A DNA stretch of 55,931 bases from a virus (lineage: Duplodnaviria > Caudoviricetes): IMG/VR virus record IMGVR_UViG_3300016476_000183, positions 1 to 55,931 of that record; one strand, written 5' to 3'. The translations under genes and the position numbers were made by a program. Below the pieces are notes generated by a model. It was not told where the DNA came from and made no database searches. It saw only the letters and a program-made list of their open reading frames with translations. Positions 15,525 through 25,851 of this stretch are shown piece by piece; the first letter of the stretch is position 1, and every line of letters begins with the position of its first letter.

Positions 15525-17582
15525 ATGGAACCCTCAGTTGTTCAGCTAGGTGTAGTTCGCGCCGCACCTTTGTCGGTAGTTCTTGAAGAAGAACGCAAGG
15601 CCGCTGAAGACGTGCAGAACCAGCCGGTGCTTACCGGGCTGACTGCATACATCCGTCGTTGCTGGGATCAGGCTCGCACTGCCAAGCAGATGACTGTCGA
15701 GCCTCGCATGATTATGAACATGCGCGCACGTCGCGGTGAGTACGATCCGGAGAAGCTGGGTCAAATCCGCGAGATGGGCGGCTCGGAAGTTTACGCTGGC
15801 CTGACCTCGGTTAAGTGTCGTTCGGCTGCAAGCTGGCTGCGCGATGTTCTGATGGCGACAGGTACTGAGCGTCCGTGGACGCTGCGCCCAACACCCATGC
15901 CAGACTTGCCACCTGACATCAACGACCAGATCATGTTGAAGGCGGTCGGTCCGATCCAGAATGCCATCCTTGCAGGTCAGCAAGTATCACAGGATCAAGT
16001 CGTTGAATTGATGAAGGAACTGCGAGAGCAGGCCAAGAATCAAATCACGGAAGAGGCCCGTCGTCGCGCTGACAACATGGCTACCAAGATGGAAGACCAG
16101 TTGGTGCAGGGTGGGTTCCTGCAAGCGCTGGATGCGTTCATCGACGACATCACAACATTCCCCTCCGCGATCCTGAAGGGTCCGGTAATCCGCAACAAGA
16201 AAACCATGAAGTGGGTGCTCGATCCCAAGACTGGTCAGTACAACGCGGAAGCAGAAGATTCTCTGTGTCTTGAGTGGGAACGTGTGTCCCCGTTTGACAT
16301 CTATCCGTCGCCAGCAGCTACCTGTGTGGACGATGGGTACCTGATCCAGAAGCACAAGCTGTCGCGGGAGGACCTGACGCAGCTTATCGGGGTTGAGGGA
16401 TACGACGACGCATCCATCCGCATGGTGCTGGATGAGTATGGTCGCAACGGTCTGCGCGAGTGGTTGACCAACGACGTTGCCATGGCATCGGCTGAAGGCA
16501 AGGCCACCACACAGATCGCACAGAATGTCGATGGCCTGATCGACGCACTCCAGTTCTGGGGTCCGGTGCAAGGCAAGACACTACTAGACTGGGGCCTGAC
16601 CTCAGACGAGATTCCTGACCCTGTTCGGGAGTATCATGTCGAAGCATGGCTGATCGGTCACTACGTCATCAAGGCGGTACTGAACTACGACCCACTGGGT
16701 CGTAAGCCTTATTACGTAGCGAGTTATGAAGATGTACCGGGCAGTTTCTGGGGTCGCTGTGTTGCTGACCTTGTTCGTGATCCTCAAGTGGTGGTCAACG
16801 CTGCTGCCCGTGCAATCGTCAACAACATGGGTATTGCCTCCGGACCGCAGACTATTGTCAACGTTGACCGTCTCGCTCCCGGCGAAGATATCACACAGCT
16901 AACACCATGGCGCATCTGGCAGGTCACGAATGACCCGACAGGAAGCAGCCAGCCCCCGGTCATGTTCAATCAACCGGACTCCCGCATCGCTGAACTGGTG
17001 GGCATCTTCGAGAAGTTCTCTGAGATGAGCGATGAATACTCGGGCATCCCCAAGTACATGGGCGGTGAACCGGGCGGTGTTGGTCGTACTGCGTCGGGTC
17101 TCTCGATGCTGATGACTAATGCGGGCAAGGCGATCAAGCAGGTTATCAGCAACATCGACATCGGTGTGATGACCCCGCTGCTCCAGAAGCTGTACGACCA
17201 CAACATGCAGTTCAGTGACGACCCCGATCTCAAGGGCGACATCCAGATCGTTGCACGTGGCGCAGCTTCGCTCGTGGTCAAGGATGCTGCTCAGCTTCGC
17301 CGTAACGAGTTCTTGGCAGCCACAGCCAACCCGATTGACATGCAGATCGTCGGTGTTGAAGGTCGCGCTCACATCCTCCGTGAGACAGCCAAGAACCTCG
17401 ACATGGATGTGGACAAGGTGGTCCCTCCGATGAACGTGCTCCAGCAGAAGTTGGCCGCTCAGGCGATGATCCAACAGCAGGCAGCACAGCAGCAGGCGCA
17501 AGGTCCTCAGCCGGGATCAGGTCAGTCGCTTGAAGATGGATCACCCACTACAGATAACTTCTCTCCGCCAGCAACAAGTTAA
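15525..17582 (+). CDS. portal protein
   Basis: 685 aa after TerL; ERVSPFDIYPSP, GRTASGLSML, Q-rich tail. Confidence 0.9.
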   Translation: MEPSVVQLGVVRAAPLSVVLEEERKAAEDVQNQPVLTGLTAYIRRCWDQARTAKQMTVEPRMIMNMRARRGEYDPEKLGQIREMGGSEVYAGLTSVKCRSAASWLRDVLMATGTERPWTLRPTPMPDLPPDINDQIMLKAVGPIQNAILAGQQVSQDQVVELMKELREQAKNQITEEARRRADNMATKMEDQLVQGGFLQALDAFIDDITTFPSAILKGPVIRNKKTMKWVLDPKTGQYNAEAEDSLCLEWERVSPFDIYPSPAATCVDDGYLIQKHKLSREDLTQLIGVEGYDDASIRMVLDEYGRNGLREWLTNDVAMASAEGKATTQIAQNVDGLIDALQFWGPVQGKTLLDWGLTSDEIPDPVREYHVEAWLIGHYVIKAVLNYDPLGRKPYYVASYEDVPGSFWGRCVADLVRDPQVVVNAAARAIVNNMGIASGPQTIVNVDRLAPGEDITQLTPWRIWQVTNDPTGSSQPPVMFNQPDSRIAELVGIFEKFSEMSDEYSGIPKYMGGEPGGVGRTASGLSMLMTNAGKAIKQVISNIDIGVMTPLLQKLYDHNMQFSDDPDLKGDIQIVARGAASLVVKDAAQLRRNEFLAATANPIDMQIVGVEGRAHILRETAKNLDMDVDKVVPPMNVLQQKLAAQAMIQQQAAQQQAQGPQPGSGQSLEDGSPTTDNFSPPATS

Positions 17583-17585
17583 GTA

Positions 17586-17615
17586 TTGACGTGTTGTGCA
17601 GAGATACAGTAAGAT
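17586..17615 (+). promoter_or_regulatory. possible sigma70 promoter
   Basis: TTGACG-18 nt-TAAGAT, 6 nt before ATG 17622. Confidence 0.45.
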
Positions 17616-17621
17616 AACACT

Positions 17622-17867
17622 ATGTTGACCAAACCCAGCTTACATGCCTTGCGCAGTCTTTATGCTGTCAGCCAAGGTAAAAGCTGGGAAGAGATCGACA
17701 AACTATTTCGGGATGAGTTGCAGAAGTCTTTTGAATTTCTAGCAGAGAGCCGGGACGAACTGGCACTGCGTCAGATGCAAGGACGAGTTCAATTTATCCG
17801 AGAGTTCCTAGATGTGGTGCGCGAGGCACCCCGTCTTTTGGAAAAGCTAAAAGATTCAGGTCTTTAG
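17622..17867 (+). CDS. small head-assembly-region protein
   Basis: LRQMQGRVQ motif; typical portal-scaffold intervening gene. Confidence 0.65.
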   Translation: MLTKPSLHALRSLYAVSQGKSWEEIDKLFRDELQKSFEFLAESRDELALRQMQGRVQFIREFLDVVREAPRLLEKLKDSGL

Positions 17868-17947
17868 CTTCTAACCCGCCAGCAGACCGTACCGCCAAGT
17901 GGATACCGAGAGAGGACCACGTAACGTAGTCGGAGCAGGAGAACAAC

Positions 17948-18919
17948 ATGAGTCTACCCAAACAGGTCCAAGCACAGATCGAAGAGGCTGAACGTTTGGA
18001 ACGGGAACTGCTTGAACAAGCCAACCCGACCACGCAGGAAGTCCCAGTAGAAGAGCCGAAGGCCGAAGAACCTGTGGCAGAAGTAGAAGAGGGCGATCCT
18101 CTTCCCGAGCCAGAAGTTCTTGAGCAGGAACCGGAACCAGTCAAGCAGTCTGACGACGAGACTTGGGAACGTAAGTACAAGACGCTTCAGGGAATGTATA
18201 ATGCGGATGTTCCGCGTTTGCGAACTGAAGTAACTGATCTTAAACGACAGCTTGAACTTGCAATCGCAAAGCTAGAATCAGCCAGCAAAAAGACTGAGGA
18301 AGCTCCCGCTGAACGTTTGGTAACAGACAAAGACGTTGAAGATTTTGGTCCTGATCTTGTTGATCTGATTAAGCGTCAGGCTACGGAAGTAGCTCAGCAG
18401 CAGATTGATAGGCTTAAGGAAGAGAACGCACAGCTTCGACAGGAGTTGACCGGCGTTTCTGAGCGACAAGGCGATATCGCCCGTCAGACGTATTTTGCTG
18501 ACCTAGCCCGGTTGGTCCCGGACTACGAAGACATTAACGTTGACCAGCGGTTTCTTGATTGGCTCTCCGAAGTTGACCCGCTTAGCGGACACCAGCGGCA
18601 GGAGTATCTGACCAACGCCTTCAACACGTATGACGTGTCGCGTACAGCAACTCTGTTCAATACCTTTAAGGAACTGACAGGTTCTACGACTAAGCCCAAG
18701 TCACCGCCAAAAGAACTCGTCCGTCAAGTTGCGCCCGGTACCTCCAAGTCCTCTGCGCAGACAACCGTGAACACCAACGAAAAGATTTGGTCGATGTCTG
18801 AAATCGACCGCTTCTACAAGGACGTGGCACGTGGAGTCTACAAGGGGAATGATGCGGAGCAGGCGCGGATTGAAGCAGAAATTGATCTTGCCGTTCAGCA
18901 AGGTCGTCTAACGCAGTAA
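17948..18919 (+). CDS. capsid scaffolding protein (putative)
   Basis: Acidic N-terminus, coiled coils, YKTLQGMYNA; precedes the capsid gene. Confidence 0.8.
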   Translation: MSLPKQVQAQIEEAERLERELLEQANPTTQEVPVEEPKAEEPVAEVEEGDPLPEPEVLEQEPEPVKQSDDETWERKYKTLQGMYNADVPRLRTEVTDLKRQLELAIAKLESASKKTEEAPAERLVTDKDVEDFGPDLVDLIKRQATEVAQQQIDRLKEENAQLRQELTGVSERQGDIARQTYFADLARLVPDYEDINVDQRFLDWLSEVDPLSGHQRQEYLTNAFNTYDVSRTATLFNTFKELTGSTTKPKSPPKELVRQVAPGTSKSSAQTTVNTNEKIWSMSEIDRFYKDVARGVYKGNDAEQARIEAEIDLAVQQGRLTQ

Positions 18920-18967
18920 GCAGCGTCCGGGCGGCAAGGTCGTGTGTAATCTCATAGGAGAAGTATC

Positions 18968-19972
18968 ATGGCTATTGCCGTCCAGTCCCCGTTCAATACC
19001 AACCCGGCTTATTCGGGTACCTTCATTCCGACCATCTGGTCGGGCAAGCTGAACGCCAAGTTCTACGCCACCACTGTTTTCGGTGAAATCGCCAACACCA
19101 ACTACGAAGGCGACATCAAGAACATCGGTGACAAGGTTGTCATCAACAACATCCCGTCGGTGACGATCAACGACTACACCGTTGGCAACACCCTGAGCTA
19201 CGAAGTCCCCGCCCCGAGCAAGGTCGAACTCGACATCTCGAAGGCGAAGTACTTCGGCGTTAATGTTTCGGACGTTCTGGAATACCAGTCGCAGCCGAAG
19301 CTGATGGACATGTTCACCAACGATGCTGCTAAGCAGATGGCGATCAACATCGACACCGACCTGCTGAAGAACTCGATGGACACCGTGGCAGCCGCCAACC
19401 GTGGCACTATTGCCGGTGTTCGCTCGGGTTCGTTCAACCTCGGTGGCGCTGGCGGTACCTATAACGCCTCCACCAACCCGTTCGGCGGCGCTCCGCTGAC
19501 TCTCTCGACCTCGAACATTGTTTCGACCATCACCTCGATGGCTTCGGTGCTCGACGAACAGAACGTCCCGGATACGGATCGCTTCCTCGTCATCAGCCCC
19601 GCAGTGCGCAACCTGCTGATGGGTTCGAACCTGCAACAGGCATACCTGACCGGCGACAGCCAGTCGATCCTGCGTAACGGTAAGATCGGTACGATTGATC
19701 GCTTCACGATCTACGTCTCGAACCTGCTTCCGTCTGCTGCCGCTGGCCAGAACTTCGATGGCACCACCACTGGCACTGGTATCAGCGCCAACGCTGTGGC
19801 TCGTAAGTGCATCGTCGCGGGTCACACGACAGCCATCTCGTTCGCTTCGCAGATCGCGAAGGTCGAGTCGCTCCAGAACCCGAACGACTTCGGCACCCTT
19901 GTCCGTGGCCTGAACATCTACGGCTACAAGACAATCAAGCCGGAATCGCTCGTGATTGCACAGTACGCCTAA
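18968..19972 (+). CDS. major capsid protein
   Basis: FIPTIWSGKL, YEGDIK.GDKV.I, LDEQNVP..DR, FGTLVRGLNIYG; strong codon bias. Confidence 0.93.
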   Translation: MAIAVQSPFNTNPAYSGTFIPTIWSGKLNAKFYATTVFGEIANTNYEGDIKNIGDKVVINNIPSVTINDYTVGNTLSYEVPAPSKVELDISKAKYFGVNVSDVLEYQSQPKLMDMFTNDAAKQMAINIDTDLLKNSMDTVAAANRGTIAGVRSGSFNLGGAGGTYNASTNPFGGAPLTLSTSNIVSTITSMASVLDEQNVPDTDRFLVISPAVRNLLMGSNLQQAYLTGDSQSILRNGKIGTIDRFTIYVSNLLPSAAAGQNFDGTTTGTGISANAVARKCIVAGHTTAISFASQIAKVESLQNPNDFGTLVRGLNIYGYKTIKPESLVIAQYA

Positions 19973-19985
19973 TAGGTGTATACAG

Positions 19986-20024
19986 GGTAGGGGGAGTGGT
20001 TGGACTCCCCCTACCTTATTTTTT
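19986..20024 (+). terminator. intrinsic terminator after the capsid gene
   Basis: GGTAGGGGGAGT/ACTCCCCCTACC stem plus TTATTTTTT. Confidence 0.85.
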
Positions 20025-20038
20025 AAGTCGGAGCGCAA

Positions 20039-20728
20039 ATGGCTATTACAGCACAAACCATTCTCGACCGCGCCCGTATCCAACTTATTGACGAAGGTGT
20101 TACTAAGCGGTGGAGCGATTCTGAACTCTTGAAGTGGTTGTCTGACGGACAGCGCACAATTGTTTCTATCTCTCCCGGTAACTCCAGCATTACTTCTACA
20201 ATACCTATGGTCTCCGGAACGCAGCAGACGATTCCGTCGAATGGCCACATGCTGCTGTCTATCATCCGCAACAATAATGCCGCAGGTACCGCACCGGGCC
20301 GAGCAGTGCGTGTTGTGTCGCGTGAAATCCTAGATGCTCAGAACCCTAACTGGCACACTGCCACCCCTTCTGCCGTGGTACAGAACTATATCTTCGACCC
20401 GCAGGAGCCGCTGAAGTTCTACGTGTATCCGCCCAACAACGGCAGCGGATACCTTGACGCTATCTACTCTGTGCTTCCGATTGACATGACATCGGTCACA
20501 GACACACTGGTCGTACAGGATATCTTCCAGACAGCGCTGTTTGATTACGTCATGTTTCGGGCGCACCAGAAGGATAGCGATTTCGCTGCCGGTCAGGGCT
20601 TGGCCGCTACGTACCTACAACTGTTTATGGCTGCTGTTGGCGCTCGTGACACAGGCATCCTGTCCAGCAACCCGAACCTTCAGCTTGCTCCACCCGATCC
20701 GGGCAACCGAGGGAGTGCTAAGATATGA
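20039..20728 (+). CDS. head-tail adaptor-like virion protein
   Basis: ARIQLID...RWSDSELL.WL.DGQR, FYVYPP, ALFDYV.FRA. Confidence 0.75.
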   Translation: MAITAQTILDRARIQLIDEGVTKRWSDSELLKWLSDGQRTIVSISPGNSSITSTIPMVSGTQQTIPSNGHMLLSIIRNNNAAGTAPGRAVRVVSREILDAQNPNWHTATPSAVVQNYIFDPQEPLKFYVYPPNNGSGYLDAIYSVLPIDMTSVTDTLVVQDIFQTALFDYVMFRAHQKDSDFAAGQGLAATYLQLFMAAVGARDTGILSSNPNLQLAPPDPGNRGSAKI

Positions 20729-21369
20729 GCAGTGTTTCATACGAGACATTCTTTCCCGAGGTTGTGCCGTACGTACACGACGTTCCCGATCTCGTGGCGA
20801 CGAATGCCATTCGCAACGCATGTATCGAGTTCTGCGAGAAGTCCGATTACATCATCTACACGCACGACCCGATTACGATCTTGCCGCGAGTATCCGCGTA
20901 CCAGCTGGACCTGCCGTGCGGGACCACAGTATCTCGCGTGATTGCAAGCTGGGTAGGTAATCTTCCGATTACGTTTAAGAGTCAGGAAGACCTTCAGCGC
21001 ATCTACCCGCTTGATTGGCGGCAGATGGGTGGTCGCCCGCAGTACATCACACAAGACGTACCGGATGAAGTCATCGTGGCCCCGTTCAGTGATTACGAGA
21101 TGGACGATGGTCTTAAGCTGATCGTCGCGTTGAAGCCTACTCGTTCCTCCACCACCGTGGACAAACTGATTTATGAGCGGTGGGCTGAGCACATCGGGTT
21201 CGGCGCTCGCGCCCGACTGTACGACACACCCAATCAGCCGTACTACGATCCAGCCCAAGCGGTTAAGTTCCGCACGTGGTTCGAGTCAGCTATCGGTGAG
21301 GCCAAGATGGAGCGTAATCGCGGCCTTACGCGCAATGTAACGCGGGTCCGCCCGCCCCGATTTGTTTGA
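20725..21369 (+). CDS. second adaptor-like virion protein
   Basis: AIRNACIEFCEKS, LKPTR, I..GA.ARL. Confidence 0.7.
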   Translation: MSSVSYETFFPEVVPYVHDVPDLVATNAIRNACIEFCEKSDYIIYTHDPITILPRVSAYQLDLPCGTTVSRVIASWVGNLPITFKSQEDLQRIYPLDWRQMGGRPQYITQDVPDEVIVAPFSDYEMDDGLKLIVALKPTRSSTTVDKLIYERWAEHIGFGARARLYDTPNQPYYDPAQAVKFRTWFESAIGEAKMERNRGLTRNVTRVRPPRFV

Positions 21370-21377
21370 GGTAGGCT

Positions 21378-21728
21378 ATGGCTGCTAACTACGACATCAC
21401 TATCGAGCAGGGTGCCACGTTCCAGCTTAACCTGATCTGGAAGGACTCAGCGGGTGTACCCATCGACCTTACAGGGTACACAGCAAAGATGCAGGTGCGT
21501 CAGCGCTACGCATCAGATGATGCGGTTCTTAGCCTAAGCACAACAGCCGGAACCATTGTACTTGGCGGGGTTGCCGGTACGATCAATATCACAGGACCGG
21601 CGGCGGACACTGCGGCTATCACGATCAAACAAGGCGTGTATGACGTGGAGCTTACCTCCGCTGGCGGAATCGTTACTCGACTGATCGAGGGATGCGTGGC
21701 TATTTCACCGGAGGTGACACGAACATGA
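21378..21728 (+). CDS. beta-sandwich virion protein (tail-fibre-associated)
   Basis: [31 protein letters not shown]...SPEVT. Confidence 0.75.
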   Translation: MAANYDITIEQGATFQLNLIWKDSAGVPIDLTGYTAKMQVRQRYASDDAVLSLSTTAGTIVLGGVAGTINITGPAADTAAITIKQGVYDVELTSAGGIVTRLIEGCVAISPEVTRT

Positions 21729-23086
21729 CCTCAGGCACCATCGTCATCAATGAAGACGATATCACAGTTGTAGAGGTATACGCGGACCTCACGCCAGAAA
21801 CCATCGAGGTTGCATCTGTCGGGCCGCAAGGGCCACAGGGCGCTACAGGACCTATCGGATTCACGGGACCCACGGGTCCAACTGGCCCTACAGGTAGTAC
21901 AGGCGCTGGCGGCGCTCTGGGGTATTACGGCGCGTTCTTCGGAACTTACGATCAGGCAGGGTCAACGATTCCGCAAATGGTGCAGTTTGCGTCTGTATCG
22001 GCTGCAAGCGGTATGTACATTCTAGGCTATGGCCGGATCGTTATCCAGAACCCCGGCACGTACAAGCTCACATTCTCCATCCAGCTTGAGAATACAGACA
22101 GCGCTATTCACTATGCCGATATCTGGTTGAAGTATAATGGGTCTAACTACCCGGACAGCAACACACGATTCCACGTACCTTCTCGAAAGAGCGCGACAGA
22201 GTATGGCTACACCGTAGCCACTGTTGATTTCATCGGTACGTCTGTAAACCCCAACGATTATGTTGAGCTTTGGTGGCAGACCGATAGCACCGCCGTATCC
22301 ATTCAAACCCTGCCAGCCGCTGGATCAGTACCTGAGACACCGGGCGTTATTGTTAACGTATCTCAGGTAATGTACACACAGTTGGGACCGACTGGCCCCA
22401 CTGGTAATTTGGGACCTACGGGTCCTCAGGGAGTTGCAGGACCCACCGGCCCGACAGGTGCAGCATCTACGGTTGCAGGACCCACCGGCCCCACCGGCCC
22501 GACAGGTGCGGCATCTACAGTTGCGGGACCCACCGGCCCTCAGGGAGTTGTAGGCCCAACCGGCCCGACAGGTGCAGCGTCCACAGTTGCGGGACCCACC
22601 GGCCCGACAGGTGCGGCATCTACAGTTGCGGGACCCACCGGCCCTCAGGGAGTTGCGGGACCCACCGGCCCCACCGGCCCGACAGGTGCGGCATCTACAG
22701 TTGCGGGACCCACCGGCCCTACTGGCCCCACCGGGAGCACCGGCTCTTATGCAGCGCCTCGCGTCAGCAGCGCCGCGTCAATCACTTCCCCGCTCGCGTG
22801 GAACAGTGACAACTACGACGAGTACGCTGCTACAGCGCAGGCAAACGCACTGACGATCAGCGCGGACGCAGGTACCCCGGTAGACGGGCGCAAGATCATC
22901 TTCCGCTTCAAGGACAATGGTACGCCCCAGACGCTTACATGGACTACCGGGTCTACCAACAGCTTCAGGGCTGTTGGCGTGACCTTGCCAACCACAACGG
23001 TGGCGAATAAGACTGCGTATGTTGGTTGCATTTACAACGCGGCTGACAGCCGCTGGGATGCAGTAGCAGTCGCGCAGGAGGCATAA
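21725..23086 (+). CDS. collagen-like fibre protein
   Basis: G-P-T triplets flanking a BclA/C1q-like beta domain ([11 protein letters not shown]); GGAGG RBS, ATG 21725. Confidence 0.85.
   Translation: MTSGTIVINEDDITVVEVYADLTPETIEVASVGPQGPQGATGPIGFTGPTGPTGPTGSTGAGGALGYYGAFFGTYDQAGSTIPQMVQFASVSAASGMYILGYGRIVIQNPGTYKLTFSIQLENTDSAIHYADIWLKYNGSNYPDSNTRFHVPSRKSATEYGYTVATVDFIGTSVNPNDYVELWWQTDSTAVSIQTLPAAGSVPETPGVIVNVSQVMYTQLGPTGPTGNLGPTGPQGVAGPTGPTGAASTVAGPTGPTGPTGAASTVAGPTGPQGVVGPTGPTGAASTVAGPTGPTGAASTVAGPTGPQGVAGPTGPTGPTGAASTVAGPTGPTGPTGSTGSYAAPRVSSAASITSPLAWNSDNYDEYAATAQANALTISADAGTPVDGRKIIFRFKDNGTPQTLTWTTGSTNSFRAVGVTLPTTTVANKTAYVGCIYNAADSRWDAVAVAQEA
22381..22743 (+). repeat. tandem collagen repeats ([13 protein letters not shown] units)
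   Basis: Near-identical GGACCCACCGGCCC / GGTGCGGCATCTACAGTTGCG units. Confidence 0.9.
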
Positions 23087-25453
23087 ATGGCAACGTATTA
23101 CATCGACTTCGAAGGCGGCAACGATGCCAACGCAGGCACCAGCTTCGCGACCCGCTGGAAGACCATAACCAACGGTGCCACTGCTGCGCGCATTGCACCG
23201 GGCGACACTATTCGTATCATGGCTTCGCCTGACCCTACGTCGATTGGCAACGCTACGTGGACTGGCGGCGGTCGGCCAGCAGCAATCAATATCTCGTCAT
23301 CGACGAATGCCACGCCTATCGTAATTACCACAGCATCTGCGCACGGCCTTGTTGCGGGCGATTACGTCTCCATCGCAAGCCATAGCACCAATACAAACGC
23401 GAACGGTATCTGGAAGGTTGGCACCGTCCCTAATTCGACCAGTTTTCAAATTCTCCAGATTAACGGGAACAACACCACCGGAAACGGAACTGGCGGCGCA
23501 ACTGGTACAGTTACCAACGTAGATAACTGCATCGTCAAGACGGCTACGCCACTGGTGCAGAACATAGCACTGTGCGGCGGGCTGGGCCAGAAACCAGCGT
23601 GGACGCCTTCGACAAACGTAACCGCGACCAACCCCACTAGCCTTAGCAGGGAAGGAAGCGGGATAGCCCAAATTGGGGTGCAATCCCTATTCACCACAGG
23701 CAAGGCTGCTTACTATACGCTTCCGGCAACTCTCGACCTGTCTGGCTATCAACAGGTTTCCTTTTGGGCGCAGTTCAGCATCGGAACGGTTGGTGCGGCA
23801 GGACAGGCTTATCTGGCTCTGTGTTCCGATACTGCCGGAAATACCGTCGTTCATCAGTGCAACATTCCAAACCTGGGCGCTCTTGGGGTGTGGGTTCCGG
23901 TCACGGTTGACCTTGGAACGAACCTGTCCACGACAATCAACAGCGTGGCGCTGTACATTGCGACTGACGTAGGCGCGCAGACAATCAATCTGGACAACAT
24001 CATTGCCTGCAAGGCCGCATCTGCGGCTGATAGCGTCACCCTGCAATCCTTGATTTCCAAGTCAGATGGAACGGGGAATGAAGCGTGGTACGCGATCCAG
24101 AGCATCAATCACGATGCAATCATGCTGACCAATGGCAACACTCTTACCCCCACCAATATCAGCCAGCGCGGCTATAGCGGGGCAACCGAAACTGTCACTA
24201 CGTACAAGCGTGAGACGGTAAAGGTGAATGTATCCACCACGCAGGATGCTGCGGGCAATGGCACTATTACGGCTAGCGGTACGGCGGGCAATCCGATCAC
24301 TTTTAGCGGTGGCTGGAGCCGCACGGATATGTCAACGCAGACCGGGCGCACTTGGCTCGACGGTCAGAATACCTACGGGCGCGGGATAAATGTTGTAGCC
24401 CAAAACTACGTAACAATTGACAAGCTGGATTGCTGCCGGTTCTACCGTGGCATTCTTTTTTCTGCATCTGGGACTGCCCAAGACGGTCTGGTTCTAACGT
24501 CTGCATATGCGACCGCCAATAACGCCCACGGGGTTATTTTTACTGGTTTCGCAAGCAATAGCTTTAGCGCGCCGAACCTGTGGTCAAACAATAACATCGG
24601 TACGGGGCTTTCCTTTGGTGCTACCAACTTCCCGGCTCTAGGGTTGTCCGTTGGCAATGTGTACGCCCTGAATAATGCGAGCGATGGGGTTCTGTTTGAC
24701 CAATCCGCAGATTGTTATGTTTCCAATCTCACCGCCATTAACAACGGACCCGGATCAAATGGGGGCAACCTCAACTTTTCCAGTTCAACAAATTGCTCGG
24801 TAGGCAATCTTTCAGCCAGCAACTCAAATAACAGTTCTGGCATACGCGCTGCAAATTCCTTGAACTGCTACGTAAATGGCGGCAGCACATCGAATAACGG
24901 CTTTGCTGCGGTGTACGCCGCAAACAGCACTTCGTTGTATCTGAACAACTTCACCATCAACGAGTCCACGGAAACCATTCTTAGTGCGGGGCAAGCATAT
25001 ATCTATTCGAACCGGCACGATAACACTGATGGTAACAATTGGATTTGGGCCGCCACATACGGCACTATCAACCAACAAACCGCTGTAGTAGATGCCCCAG
25101 CCACTACTGCTTGGAAAATCGTTCCATCGGCAAATGGCCTTGCAACGCCCACAAGCCCGGTACGCCTGAAGCTTGGCACAGTCGTTTGCGGGGCTGGGGG
25201 ACTTGTTACCGTAACCGCCCGTATGCGGCGAACCAATACCGCGATGACCATGCAGCTTGCTTGCCCCGGTGGGCAGATTGCGGGCGTTTCCAGCACGGTA
25301 GCTGCAAGCATGACCGCAGCGGCGAATACGTGGGAGACGGTGACAATCACCTTCACCCCGACCAAGGCGGGCGGCGTGGACATCTACGCCTACGCATTCG
25401 GCGGTACCACCTTCAGCGGCTACGTCTGCAACCTGACCGCAGCCCAAGCATAA
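23087..25453 (+). CDS. tailspike/receptor-binding-like protein with beta-helix region
   Basis: YYIDFEGGNDANAG start, TNATPIVITTASAHGL (FCCH-like), Asn/Gly-rich beta-helix repeats. Confidence 0.7.
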   Translation: MATYYIDFEGGNDANAGTSFATRWKTITNGATAARIAPGDTIRIMASPDPTSIGNATWTGGGRPAAINISSSTNATPIVITTASAHGLVAGDYVSIASHSTNTNANGIWKVGTVPNSTSFQILQINGNNTTGNGTGGATGTVTNVDNCIVKTATPLVQNIALCGGLGQKPAWTPSTNVTATNPTSLSREGSGIAQIGVQSLFTTGKAAYYTLPATLDLSGYQQVSFWAQFSIGTVGAAGQAYLALCSDTAGNTVVHQCNIPNLGALGVWVPVTVDLGTNLSTTINSVALYIATDVGAQTINLDNIIACKAASAADSVTLQSLISKSDGTGNEAWYAIQSINHDAIMLTNGNTLTPTNISQRGYSGATETVTTYKRETVKVNVSTTQDAAGNGTITASGTAGNPITFSGGWSRTDMSTQTGRTWLDGQNTYGRGINVVAQNYVTIDKLDCCRFYRGILFSASGTAQDGLVLTSAYATANNAHGVIFTGFASNSFSAPNLWSNNNIGTGLSFGATNFPALGLSVGNVYALNNASDGVLFDQSADCYVSNLTAINNGPGSNGGNLNFSSSTNCSVGNLSASNSNNSSGIRAANSLNCYVNGGSTSNNGFAAVYAANSTSLYLNNFTINESTETILSAGQAYIYSNRHDNTDGNNWIWAATYGTINQQTAVVDAPATTAWKIVPSANGLATPTSPVRLKLGTVVCGAGGLVTVTARMRRTNTAMTMQLACPGGQIAGVSSTVAASMTAAANTWETVTITFTPTKAGGVDIYAYAFGGTTFSGYVCNLTAAQA

Positions 25454-25463
25454 GGAACGCGCC

Positions 25464-25664
25464 ATGTATCAGGTTATAGATTGGGAGCAGGACGTAGCTG
25501 GCAAGTGGCGCATCCGAGTTCTGGTTTCCGGGCAAACCGTCATGTTCAAGTTTGACGAATGGCCGGACGATGAAGCGGTTCAGGCGGAAGCTGCGCGCTA
25601 TGACGTAATGATGCAGGAAATGGCAGCGCAGGAGCAGGCTAATGGCGCTACCGCTTCGGAGTGA
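25464..25664 (+). CDS. hypothetical protein
   Basis: AAGGA RBS, operon position. Confidence 0.6.
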   Translation: MYQVIDWEQDVAGKWRIRVLVSGQTVMFKFDEWPDDEAVQAEAARYDVMMQEMAAQEQANGATASE

Positions 25665-25848
25665 CATCGAAACACTGGACTTTTCCGGCTATGGTCAGCC
25701 TGCCGCCTATCTGGAAGCCAAAAGTCTTTCACCGTCGTCTGCCACGCTCGACTACAGCAGTTACGCGCAGCCAGCCTATGGGTTGCCTAGTGGTGTGGCC
25801 CCGGTTACTCAGAACAGCAACTTCCTGCAATTCTTTAACGGACCGTAA
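25642..25848 (+). CDS. hypothetical protein
   Basis: AGGAG RBS; internal LD(F/Y)S.Y.QPA repeat. Confidence 0.6.
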   Translation: MALPLRSDIETLDFSGYGQPAAYLEAKSLSPSSATLDYSSYAQPAYGLPSGVAPVTQNSNFLQFFNGP

Positions 25849-25851
25849 CCC

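Noticed and set aside
18908..20248. 446-aa antisense ORF over the capsid gene, and similar long antisense ORFs (2254..3216, 4494..5540, 9434..10498, 37295..39250, 40571..41758, 46160..47350)
   Set aside because: Shadow frames of codon-biased genes; no recognisable motifs
22381..22743. DGR template/variable repeats
   Set aside because: These are collagen coding repeats; no reverse transcriptase in the window
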